A DNA stretch of 32,481 bases, taken from the NCBI GenBank assembly GCA_031763465.1, contig JARFOE010000004.1:4838886-4871366 (forward strand), given 5' to 3'. The DNA comes from Squatina squatina. Its lineage: Eukaryota. A model generated the notes under the pieces. That model saw only the letters and a program-made list of their open reading frames with translations, searched no databases and had not been told where the DNA came from. Positions 22,618 through 32,481 of this stretch are shown here, piece after piece (position 1 is the first letter of the stretch; the number at the start of each line of letters is the position of its first letter). The position numbers and the translations under genes are program-made.

Positions 22618-22753
22618 GTCACGGTGCTGTGCTGAATGCTGATAGTGATGTTCAGCTTGACGCAATCATTATGGACGGTAAAACACTTGCCTCCGGAGCC
22701 ATCTCCTGTGTTAAGAACATTTCTAATCCGGTGACACTTGCCCGCTCGGTCAT
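22618..22753 (+). CDS. Isoaspartyl peptidase/L-asparaginase (ASRGL1-like, Ntn-hydrolase) exon, truncated by gap
   Basis: Acceptor gctttcctctag, then (G)HGAVLNADSDVQLDAIIMDGKTLASGAISCVKNISNPVTLARSV. This matches the type-2 asparaginase motif GxGsVLNxxGxVExDAxIMDG...GAV..V..IxNPIxLAR. Orthologue versus paralogue is unresolved. Confidence 0.9.
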
Positions 22754-22853
22754 NNNNNNNNNNNNNNNNNNNNNNNNNNNNNNNNNNNNNNNNNNNNNNN
22801 NNNNNNNNNNNNNNNNNNNNNNNNNNNNNNNNNNNNNNNNNNNNNNNNNNNNN

Positions 22854-23345
22854 AACGATAATGGAGTTGTTGACTGATCACAGCAATCAGTCTCGATCAA
22901 TGAGTCTACAACAGACCCAGACATGAGGCAAGGAAAAACCCCCAGGGGTGGAGAGCTTTAGGAACTAGAGGACCAAAGTCAGCTATTCCTCCCGGGCATT
23001 CTACACTCACCCTATGTCATGTCTCAGATAACTCATGTGCTGTATCCAAAACAGACCTTTGCACTCTGGTATGATTCAACGCCCATATAACCGAATGGTT
23101 CCTTTAACCGCTGAGGTAATAAGAGCAGCTGTTCCATCAGTTTATAGAGCACGAGTCAGGGAAGGACGCGCTGATGCCTTGTTGGCAGGATTCGATCAGT
23201 TGTGACTGATAGGAACACAAGAAATACCAGACGATAAAAGACTGAGGTCGATCTAGTTCACCTTCTACCATCCCGGTAGTCACATGATACAATAATGGAG
23301 TTATTGATGATATATAGTCTGCGGAGTGAAAGGAACACGCCAGAT
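22854..23345 (-). mobile_element. Fragments of a CR1-like family with long 3' UTR
   Basis: ATAATGGAGTT(G/A)TTGA is shared between 22858 and 23292. ATAGGAACA...CCTTCTACCATCC at 23209 and GTGGAGAGCTTTAGGAAC..GGACCAAAGTCA at 22948 both recur in 30714-30980. Confidence 0.55.
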
Positions 23346-23424
23346 TTGTCCAATTTTCCTTGAAACCCTCCCCCTCTCCTCTCGTTTATGTTTGGCAATG
23401 CCATTGTGACATTTTCTTTCCCAG

Positions 23425-23504
23425 CTCACCGGCTTTTCCGAGTGGTCGTGAAGAAAATGACAAGCAGCTTCCCGTTGCATAAAGAGGCGTGGCATTTAAT
23501 ACAG
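23425..23504 (+). CDS. Candidate exon of an unidentified gene (HRLFRVVVKKMTSSFPLHKEAWHLIQ)
   Basis: Acceptor ttttctttcccag, donor CAG|gtgtga, and one open frame of three. CpG-rich context. Confidence 0.25.
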
Positions 23505-23870
23505 GTGTGAGCGACCTTCCCTTCAGCTGTCGAGGAGGAAAGGGGGCGGGGAGGGAGGGNNNNNNNNNNNNNNNNNNNNNNNNNNNNNNNNNNNNNNNNN
23601 NNNNNNNNNNNNNNNNNNNNNNNNNNNNNNNNNNNNNNNNNNNNNNNNNNNNNNNNNNNCCTGAAAATAAATTAAAGAGACCGCTGCAGAAATGGCATAC
23701 CAAACAGGCCTTTGGGGTAACTTAAGTTACCATCGCAGTGCAAACCAATTGGGCCCCCTGAGGAATTTTCCCTCAAACAAAGACACAGACGATCCTTAGT
23801 AACAGATTTGATGCTAGTCAAATAAGTAGTAAAGAGCTCTTCCATTGTTGGTGTGTGGAAATGTGGGTAT

Positions 23871-24052
23871 AGGGTCAAATTTGGGCGGTCTGCTGGTGAA
23901 TCTTGTGCGTGTAATTTTTTTAGCAAAAGTGAACAACTTTAAAATCTCATATAGCGCAGGCTGCAGGCCTTTTGTGAATGAGATTAGCACAGACCAGCAG
24001 AATACCCAGGGAGATCAAATGTCAGCACAAGTGGATGGTGAATTTTTACCCC
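23871..24052. mobile_element. Small degenerate MITE
   Basis: Ends AGGGTCAAATTT and GAATTTTTACCCC, with an internal inverted pair TCTGCTGGT (23889) and ACCAGCAGA (23993). Confidence 0.45.
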
Positions 24053-24437
24053 AAGTTCTAGTCAGCGTTATTTTCACTTTGAATGCATACTTCAAACATT
24101 TCTTCAAAACATATCGAAATTTCCAAATTTTGTATAAACTTTTCCGTTTCTAAAATGCGTCAGTCCTTTCACAGGCAGGGTAGCACAGTATTCATTTTGA
24201 AATATTACACAGCAAGAATCAGGCCTCAATAATTTATTAATATTGGAAGAGATAAATTGCCTACTCCTACATCAGGTTGGAAGGCTTATTCTAACAAATA
24301 CTTCACACTGATATCACATCAACACTCATTTTCTTTCCCAATCTCCTCCCTTCTTGCTGGGCCAGGTTCCTGTAGCCAACCACTGCTACAAAGCTCAAGG
24401 GGCCATTCTTCATGTGGGATGCTAAACAGAGTGTTCA

Positions 24438-24660
24438 ACTACATAGGATTACATAGGATATATGGCACAGAATCAGGCCAACGAGCCCAACCAGTCTATG
24501 CCGGCATTTATACTCCACTCGAGTCTCGTCCCATCTTTCCTCATCTAACTCTAGCAGCATTATCCTCTATTCATTTCTCCCTCATATGCTTATCTAGCTT
24601 CCCTTTAAATGCATCTATATTATTCACATGTGGTAGCATGTTCCACGATCTAACCACTGG
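24438..24660 (-). mobile_element. CR1 LINE 3' end
   Basis: The minus strand reads VVRSWNMLP..IDAFKGKLDKHMRE, with an (ACATAGGAT)n tail on the plus strand. Confidence 0.85.
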
Positions 24661-24682
24661 TTCTATCTTTGCCATACACCAG

Positions 24683-24808
24683 AAACAAATGATGCAAACT
24701 GTATTGAAATGCGTCACCACATTCTGGACATGGTTCCTGAATCTGGCACAAATCATGTTTTACAGTCAATTTTAATAAACATGTTGGAGAAAAATATTTC
24801 CATTGAAG
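24683..24808 (+). CDS. Candidate symmetric (phase 1-1) exon, unidentified: ETNDANCIEMRHHILDMVPESGTNHVLQSILINMLEKNISIE
   Basis: Acceptor ttctatctttgccatacaccag, donor AAG|gtaatg, 126 nt, and stop-free in AT-rich DNA. Confidence 0.35.
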
Positions 24809-25912
24809 GTAATGTAGAATCCAACTTTTTTGAATAAAGAATATAGACAAATTAAAATTAAAACTTTTTTACTGTACTGTATGTAAAGAGTGATATTTTC
24901 AATAGCCAATGAACAGCAATCAATATGAGTGGGAAAAAAAGCAGAAGAAATCAGCAAAACATAACAACCTAAAATCAGTTAAAAAGATTATGCAAAGATT
25001 CCAAATTTGTGATACTTCATATACCTAGAAAAGAACTGTTGAAGGTGACTGTAGCCCTGAAACTCCATGGGGTTCCAACCACTCCACTGACAGTTATTCA
25101 AAAGGAGACGGAATAGAATCATAGAATGGTTACAGCATAGGAGGAGGCCATTCGGCCCAGCAAGAACGCTTTAGCTAGTCCCACTCCTCATTTTGCTTAT
25201 GGTAAATCAGGTAATATGCTGCTTAGTAAAATACCATATACTGCCCAATGTATAATTTGGTTCCATTAAGTCTGTATCCTATTCAAGTCACAAAATCTAA
25301 TTACAGTTAGGCAAACACTGGGTGAGGTTAGAGTTCAATTGCTCAGGTTGCAAGTCAAAAATCTGGTTTTAGTTCACTTTTTGGTAAGGAGCACCTGGTG
25401 GGTGAGTTCCGCTACACATTCCAAATGGTTGTCAACTTGTTTTTACAAACGACCTAGAAATTGGAGTGACAATTGACGTGCGATGGAAAAGAAATGGAGA
25501 AGTGTGGCGGATGTACTGTTCCATCTGCACCCTTGGCGTACTGTACACGCAACAAATTATTTGTATCCGCCCTGGCATTTCAAAAGGAAAACATGTGGTT
25601 CAGTTGGTAAATGCATTACTGAGTATGGAGCTGAGCCAGAAAGGCCAACAAGATCTCAGGTTCCATAGCTGACTGGAGCTCGCATCTGATNNNNNNNNNN
25701 NNNNNNNNNNNNNNNNNNNNNNNNNNNNNNNNNNNNNNNNNNNNNNNNNNNNNNNNNNNNNNNNNNNNNNNNNNNNNNNNNNNNNNNNNNCCGATTGATG
25801 AGACAATTAGTGTGGAATTTCCTGTGAGGTGTGATATGTGCTTCAATGTTGTGCTGCTTGATAATCATATTTCAGAAAATTGACCTTGATCTCCTGTATT
25901 CATCTGTTATAG

Positions 25913-25959
25913 GTACAGGCGAGATATTTGGTATAAATGTTGAACATATCATCACAATT
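25913..25959 (+). CDS. Candidate exon, unidentified: (G)TGEIFGINVEHIITI
   Basis: Acceptor ttcatctgttatag, donor gtaaga, and only one open frame. Confidence 0.3.
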
Positions 25960-25996
25960 GTAAGAGACATCTTTGATACAAATACCTTTGCAAAAT

Positions 25997-26095
25997 AAGA
26001 AACAACTTGCAATTTTTATGGCGTCTTTCAAAACCTCAGCACGCCCGAAAGCACTTTACAGCCGCCTTCTGAAGTGCAGTCACTGTTTAACTGCA
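25997..26095 (-). mobile_element. Deu-SINE 3' tail fragment
   Basis: ACTTGCAATTTTTATGGCGTCTTTCA..ACCTCAG..ACGCCCGAAAGCACTTTACAGCC, as in the other copies. Confidence 0.7.
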
Positions 26096-26199
26096 AAAAT
26101 GTAATGACTAATTTACAATTTAACAAACAGAAACATGAGAATCCAGTGCCTGTTGGTGTGTGGGATGAAGGAGGGGTGTTCTTCAGTTAATACAGCAGT

Positions 26200-26383
26200 T
26201 AGAAACATAGGATCAGGAGAAGGCCATTCAGCCACTCGGTCCTGTTCGGCCACTCATAGCTGATCTGTACCTTAACTCAACCTACACGCTTTGGTTCTGT
26301 AACCCATAATACCCTTACCTAAACAGAAATCTATCAATCTCAGTTTTGAAATATTCAATTGACCCCCAGCTTCAACAGCTTTT
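26200..26383 (-). mobile_element. CR1 LINE 3' end
   Basis: The minus strand reads KAVEAGGQLNISKLRLIDF, with a TAGAAACATAGGA tail on the plus strand. Confidence 0.8.
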
Positions 26384-27135
26384 NNNNNNNNNNNNNNNNN
26401 NNNNNNNNNNNNNNNNNNNNNNNNNNNNNNNNNNNNNNNNNNNNNNNNNNNNNNNNNNNNNNNNNNNNNNNNNNNNNNNNNNNCAAGGTGTTTGGACTCC
26501 AAGAGCAATTTGAGTCAAGTGCATCCCTTGTGGAGAGAAGTGAAGTATTGCGGCCTACTGGTGTAGTTCTGCTACTGCGGCAAGGCTGCTGGAGAATGCC
26601 GAGAGAAAATTAATTGTTGATTGAGGTAAATTTAATTAAAACTCACTTTACATTTATATTGCTCGGATTATAATTCAAAAAGCCATTGTTCTTAAAGTTG
26701 TAAGGTATTAAAGTTCAGCGAACTGAAGATAATTTTAAAGTCACTTCATATCTTCGAACTCCAGGCTGGTAATTATCACCTAATCATTGCACAATGAAAA
26801 GATTGGTTTGCAAATGGTAACCAACGTGAGAGAGATAATAATCCTTTTTGTTTTTTTTTTTAAATTTTTGGCTTGATTTTCAACCTTAATAGATTTATCC
26901 CTCACTCCTAAGCTATGCGCAATTCCCTGTCTAAAATACTTTAACAGTGCCTTGCCCTCCAAGTTTCACTTCCAGCAGTCTGTTCAAAAGCTTTATAGAC
27001 GCAACTGACACAGGAACCAGTGTGTTGTGTGGCAGCATGTATGCCATCTGTAGTGGCAATAAACACACCGGTTCAATGAGTGCATAGATGGACATGCCAG
27101 GGTAAACAGCTGGCCTACCATAGCAAGGAGAATGC

Positions 27136-27220
27136 CAGCCACCACCTTCTTCGGCAACTAATGGGCAATAAATGCAGTCTTGCCAGTGTTGTCCACATCC
27201 CAAGAACAAATATTTAAAAA
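27136..27220 (+). mobile_element. 3' end of another LINE/SINE family
   Basis: CACCACCTTCT..GGCAACTA.ATGGGCAATAAATGC..TCTTGCCAG..CCACATCCC followed by an A-rich tail, recalled as a common shark retroposon end. Confidence 0.55.
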
Positions 27221-27288
27221 TTTAGAATCCTGGCTAGCCCATAAGCATGGAGGTCAATCTGTGCACTTGTACTGGCTGACACCATGTA

Positions 27289-28324
27289 ATGTCAATTTTA
27301 CATTTTGCTTCTCATGGAAGCAGTTTCATAAAGCTGTATCTTTTCCATTTGGAGAATTTGTCTCATTTACAATGCAAGACAGTTTCAGCAACAACAGGAA
27401 ACCTACACATGCAGTTGATGCAAAATTGTGGACATGACCTAAATGCTACTGGCAGGATCAATTTAGCTTTGCTACCAACGCCACACTGGCCAGTAAATAC
27501 GAATATTGAACCACTGGAGGATCCAGAAACATCATTTTTTTGTGGTAAATATTGGAAAGTGGATTTAGAGAATGATACAGAAATGGCGAACACTTCACTA
27601 TTCACAAAATTTTATTTAACGTCCATTCTAATAAGAGTTATTCCTGGATTAGGACAATGATTCATCCGATTGGCAGATCCTTTCCACCTACTCGACTGTT
27701 TCTGTGTCGCTGCATCACTTAAAAAGGATCCACATGGCTGGAACTTCCTCAGCTCAGAAGTCAGAATGTAATCTGCAAATTAAATGCCTTCCATTATGCT
27801 CATCAATCTCGAGCAGATGACTTGGTCTCAAATAAACTACGGGATGAATCTGACCAGAGACAGCCTAAAATGATTCACTGGCTCGAAATCCGAAGAAGGT
27901 GTAATGGCCAACAGGTTGCTTGTTGAAATTCGGTATTAGGTGAATCATTTTTGAAAATCAGTACCATTTCTGAACCAGACCCACCAATATTAACCTCAGC
28001 GATATTCGGATTGACATTTAGCCGACAGCTTGCACCCGAAATCTGACTGACTCTTTAAACAACAAATAAATACTGAGAATGATACATGCCCCGTAATACC
28101 AAGGTGGCTGGAGGAAAACATTAAAATGACCTGTTTGGAGTTTGGTGTATGACCTCCCAAGTTGGCAGTCTTTTGGTACATTGAAGGAAAATCAGTTAAT
28201 AGTACAAACACTGGAGGGGTATCATACAAGATGTGCTGTTCAGAGTAGCAGCTATTCAACAGGTAATTGCCAGGATCATCAACATAGGATTATAGAGGCC
28301 TTCATCAAGAAGCTTAATTGTTGA
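27289..28324 (+). pseudogene. Possible decayed immunoglobulin-superfamily coding sequence
   Basis: 28126-28185 reads MTCLEFGV*PPKLAVFWYIE, with the spacing of the Ig-constant motif LTCLVxGFYPxxIxVxW. Weaker Ig-like motifs lie upstream. Several stops and frameshifts. Confidence 0.3.
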
Positions 28325-28574
28325 GAAGTGGAAGAGAAGGGGGATCAATGTCAGTTTTAAGTAGATCATGCCGGTACCAATTCTAATGCTCATCAAGAAA
28401 CCAGTCTCAGNNNNNNNNNNNNNNNNNNNNNNNNNNNNNNNNNNNNNNNNNNNNNNNNNNNNNNNNNNNNNNNNNNNNNNNNNNNNNNNNNNNNNNNNNN
28501 NNNNNNNNNNATCTTCTTTTCATATTATGAAAATGTCATTATTACTTTAAGTGGATTATCATTTATTTAATAAC

Positions 28575-28790
28575 AAAAACAACTTATATTTTTATAGAGC
28601 CGTTAATGTAGTAAAACGTCCCAAGGCACTTCACAGGAGCCTTATCAAACAAAATTTGACACCGAGCCACACAAAGAGCTATTAGGACAGAAAAGCTTGG
28701 TCAAAGAGGTAGGTTTTACGAGCACCTTAAAGGAGGAGAGAGGTAGAGAGGCAGAGAGATTTAGGGAGGAATTTCCAGAGCTCAGGGTCA
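28575..28790 (-). mobile_element. L2 LINE 3' end
   Basis: Collinear with 3043-3238 (GAGAGAGGTAGAGAGG..TTTAGGGAGGAATTTCCAGAGCT). Confidence 0.85.
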
Positions 28791-29259
28791 AATAGGACAC
28801 CACCATTGCGAACAGTCTGGTTTTAAATCAACATATTGTGATTTGTAATACTACAGGAGACAGCGTTTTTTTTCAGGACATGTTTTATTTATATACATGT
28901 ATTCCTTTATAGTTCCCAATCGCAGCATGAAAATTCTTCTTGTTGCCCTATATTATGTCAAGCGCTCTCATCTCACACTGCTCAAAGGCTGAGTTCTGAC
29001 ACTGACCACTTCTGTGGGCCCACCGTAACAAATTCTGTTCATTCCGAGGTTGACTATGAAATATACATGAGCTTCGGATCTATAATTTCAGCTTTGATGT
29101 AAGATAAGTAAAAGTAGCAAAATTAAAAGCCTCGCGGTGACATTTTTGCTTGTTGTTAANNNNNNNNNNNNNNNNNNNNNNNNNNNNNNNNNNNNNNNNN
29201 NNNNNNNNNNNNNNNNNNNNNNNNNNNNNNNNNNNNNNNNNNNNNNNNNNNNNNNNNNN

Positions 29260-29593
29260 CGTCCTCAAGGCCTCATTGAAAAAATGCAACATCCCCACCG
29301 ACACATGGGAATCCGTGGCCCAAGATCGCCCGCAATAGAAAAGAAACATCCATGAAGGCGCCAACCACTTTGAGTCTCTCCGGCGGGAGCACGTGGAGGC
29401 TAAACGTCGGTTGCGGAAGGAGCGCGCAGCAACACGAGCATCCCAGCCACTCGCCCCATTAAGCACCACCTGCCCCACCTGCGGCCGTGTTTGCAGATCC
29501 CACATCGGACTTTTCAGCCACCTCAGAACCCACGACCCCAGAGTGGAAGCAAGTCATCCTCGCACCCGAGGGACTACCTAAGAGAGAGAGAGA
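29260..29593 (+). mobile_element. RTE-clade LINE 3' end
   Basis: LKASLKKCNIPTDTWESVAQDRPQ*...CPTCGRVCRSHIGLFSHLRTH is the RTE C-terminal WExxAxDRxxW motif plus C2H2 finger. It has a very short 3' end, an (AG)n tail and one in-frame stop at 29336. Confidence 0.9.
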
Positions 29594-30713
29594 CTGCAGG
29601 TGGTCAAGTTAAGGACATTAATTTTTCCATTACACATTGAGAAGGAGGACAAGATATTTGTTAGTAAAAGCCCAATCTATTTCATATTAGATGTAAAATT
29701 GCCAGTGGTGTATTACTTGGAAACAGTTATATAACTGTTGCATTTGTAATGCTAATAGTGTACCTATTTATAAGTAAATACTGTGGTGAAAACATTTGCT
29801 CAGCAGTAAAGATCCATCCACTGCTACAGTGAAAAGTTCTTAATGGTAAATATTCCTAAATAAGTAAATTACTGGGTGATTGATTCCTGATTGCCAGCTC
29901 CGACTCAGGAAATCGGACAAATATTAATAGTTTGTTGATTTCAAAAATGCAAAAAGCAATACTAATGACCTTACAGTTAAAACAAATACATAAGGAAATT
30001 GAGCACTGATACTGTAAAAAGCTGCCAACAAAAGACTATGAACAACAGGGGCAGCTGTAACCTGACTCGCTCCCTCTTGACAATAAGAATGAACGTAAAG
30101 GCAGGAAATAAAACATTTTGCGGGGGTAATTTTAAAAAAGTGACCAGCAGATCCAGTACCATAAATATCTATAGCACAATCCATGAGATAGGCTGTAATT
30201 TATAAGCTATGAAAAGCTATGAAATTTTCAGTGGCTCCATGGGGCTGTTGGCTGCGGATCCCATCTTCCACCTTATGAGTTACAGCTGACCTTTAGGAAT
30301 ATAAATTTACACCTTTCTGAAAATTTTAGTCAACGTGGCTAAGAATGATGGCTTTCCTCTTCAGAAACAGGACTCACAGGCTATAAATTGTCTCTGTTAT
30401 TAGTCATTCCCAACAGTGCAGTCTTCCCCTTCACTGAGGAATATATTCCGTACATGTTCCCAGTACAACTGCTGAGCAAAGGCCAGATTTATTACCTGTT
30501 TCATNNNNNNNNNNNNNNNNNNNNNNNNNNNNNNNNNNNNNNNNNNNNNNNNNNNNNNNNNNNNNNNNNNNNNNNNNNNNNNNNNNNNNNNNNNNNNNNN
30601 NNNNTGCTACATACCTTGTTGGCTGGAGGCCTTTGGGTCCACCCTGCATGTTCTAGATGCGCACTTGCCCAGAACCTGCTCACTGCTTTTCTTCCCACCC
30701 CCTCCACCATTTT

Positions 30714-30980
30714 CATAGGAACATGGGAATTACTAGATGAAAAAAGTCCAATGCCCTTCTACCATCCTGATAGTTGCATGATAAGTGGAAAGTTTGGGAA
30801 CCATAGGGCCAAAGTCATCTTTTCCCCCCTTAGCATGCTACACTTGCCATGTGACAGGTCTCAAATTACTATATCCCAAAATGTTATTTCCTGAAAGAAA
30901 TCTGTCCAATTTGAATGAATCAATACAAAATGCTTCCACTATTCCTAGGGAGTCTGTTCCATAGATTGACCACTCGCTAA
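30714..30980 (-). mobile_element. CR1-like LINE 3' end with long UTR
   Basis: The minus strand reads RVVNLWNRLPRNSGS. UTR segments are shared with 22854-23345. Confidence 0.7.
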
Positions 30981-31989
30981 CTGAAATATTGTTTCCACAA
31001 CCTGTTGCCTCAGTTGGCAGCCCCTATGCAGCCAGCATTTCCTATTCTACCAATTTCTCACGACACACATTGGCAGCTGACCATCTGCATCCCAGCACCA
31101 TCACTTTTATGCTCCTACTTCTCCACCTCCTTTTGCTTATATTCATATTGTCTTCTGCTATGCTGTCCTGTTATCTCATTCAAATGCCAGTAACTTGTAT
31201 TGTGTATATCTTGCACATCTTACTGTACCCTCCAGACCCATGTGGCTGCAGCTCTTATTTTTATTGATCTGCACTCCATGACTATCCAATACCACATGTT
31301 TCTATATTTCTATTGTGACCTACACTTTGGCTCATCCAAATGTTCTAAATATATTCAATTGACTGTGGGCAATTTAATTATGCTAAGTATGCAAAATGAC
31401 TTTCCAGCCATTCATCGTTGTAAATGGGCATTTCATTGGGTGGGTTGCATCACTGATAAGTACTTTGCTCCTCAACTCAAAATGATAACCAGTGATAATT
31501 AGGGTGTACTGAACACATTATGCTGTTTAACAGACTGGAAAAGGTTGCAGTTGCAGCTTAAACATTTAATTATTGATACAATAACAAGTACCTTATCTTG
31601 AGTTGTAAGATTCATTTAGCTGTAGTATAAGCTGGTGATTTTCTTTCTTTCCCTATTGTATCTATGGGTAAATTGAGCTTTATTTTCACTTCTGTTTGTA
31701 AAGTTGCAACCATCCCTTGGATTTGGTCTGGATAAATATGCATTGCTTCTGGCACAACACAAATGTAGGGCCTATACTGTTACAAAATGGTGGACCCAGT
31801 GAGAATCTTGCAAAATTTACAGGATTATACTCTGCAGCAAAGAATGCCCACTTTGTGCATGCCATTGATCTAATGTAAAGTTAGATGCTTCCCTAAATGT
31901 CTGTGATTTTCTTGAGTTTATTTTCTACCCTTCAGCCAGTATTTTGTCTATGCCCAAGATTTGCCTGAAATCTCCACAGGTTAGAGCTT

Positions 31990-32330
31990 AATTTTAAATT
32001 CGGAAGCTGTCAAATGTCCTGAAGTCTAGTACATCATATTGGGGTGTCACAGTTAACATGGATTCAGATCAATCTCCCTAGCTTCTAAATTATTTAGATA
32101 CTCTAATTTGCACCTGATGCCATTATTTTGCACAGGATTGAAGTCACTTGCTTTTCTGATTTGGCGACCTGTTTGAATACAGGGCTCCATGGCCTATTGA
32201 CCTGTTTCCAATCTATTGGTACCTCGTACTCCCTCAATGACATTCAAATTTATGCCCTACTGTTTGAGCCCCATAGGCCTATTGGACTTTCACCTTGTTT
32301 GTATCAGTCATTACCTTTGCCTGGGGAGAG
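31990..32330 (-). mobile_element. Ancient, heavily decayed CR1-like reverse-transcriptase fragment
   Basis: The minus strand at ~32225-32115 reads EVPIDWKQVNRPWSPVFKQ...VTSILCKIMAS (compare VPxDWKxANVxPIFKKG...LTSIxCKxMES). YDVLDFRTFD follows downstream (compare LDFxKAFD). Boundaries uncertain. Confidence 0.6.
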
Positions 32331-32481
32331 TAAGTTATTCAGGCCTTTCCTGTGACTACTTGGAGGAAATGCTTATTCAGGATGTTTGTGTATTTGTCCT
32401 GTTTTGAGCCTTTTTGCAATTTTTATTCTTGCCTCTTGCTGCCTTGCTCTTTTTGTAAGTTATATTCATCATTGAGCTCTC

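Noticed and set aside
6355-22753. Functional cluster of KHDRBS2, PLCB1 and asparaginase
   Set aside because: The exons lie on separate gap-joined contigs, so proximity is not evidence of a shared system.
24257-24775. 172-aa ORF, the longest in the window
   Set aside because: Mostly antisense read-through of a CR1 3' end, with no recognisable domain.
25451-25580. ORFs or exon candidate at 25466-25672
   Set aside because: It starts with GACCTAGAAATTG, like the MITE ends, and runs into a SINE head, so it is probably repeat-derived.
31000-31340. Possible decayed Gypsy pol on the minus strand
   Set aside because: Purine-biased, but no diagnostic motif could be read.

Overview
Eukaryotic vertebrate DNA, most likely a shark or other cartilaginous fish, judged from the repeat content: Deu-domain tRNA-SINEs, CR1/HER1-type LINE 3' ends, L2, RTE and many Harbinger-type elements. 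It is a fragmented scaffold of about 21 short contigs joined by ~100-N gaps, plus three 10-N gaps, so adjacency across gaps is unreliable. Splice-site-flanked exons I recognise are three minus-strand KHDRBS2 (SLM-1) exons in correct gene order (17179-17300, 10534-10616, and the last coding exon 6355-6449), one plus-strand PLCB1 exon (8495-8595) lying between them, and one isoaspartyl peptidase/L-asparaginase (ASRGL1-like) exon (22618-22753). There are also several unidentified candidate exons, an LF-SINE-like relic and a possible decayed, intron-free multi-Ig-domain sequence (27289-28324). I find no convincing new multi-gene system. Most listed ORFs are gap or repeat artefacts. Gene and repeat names come from recalled sequences, not searches, and repeat boundaries are approximate.
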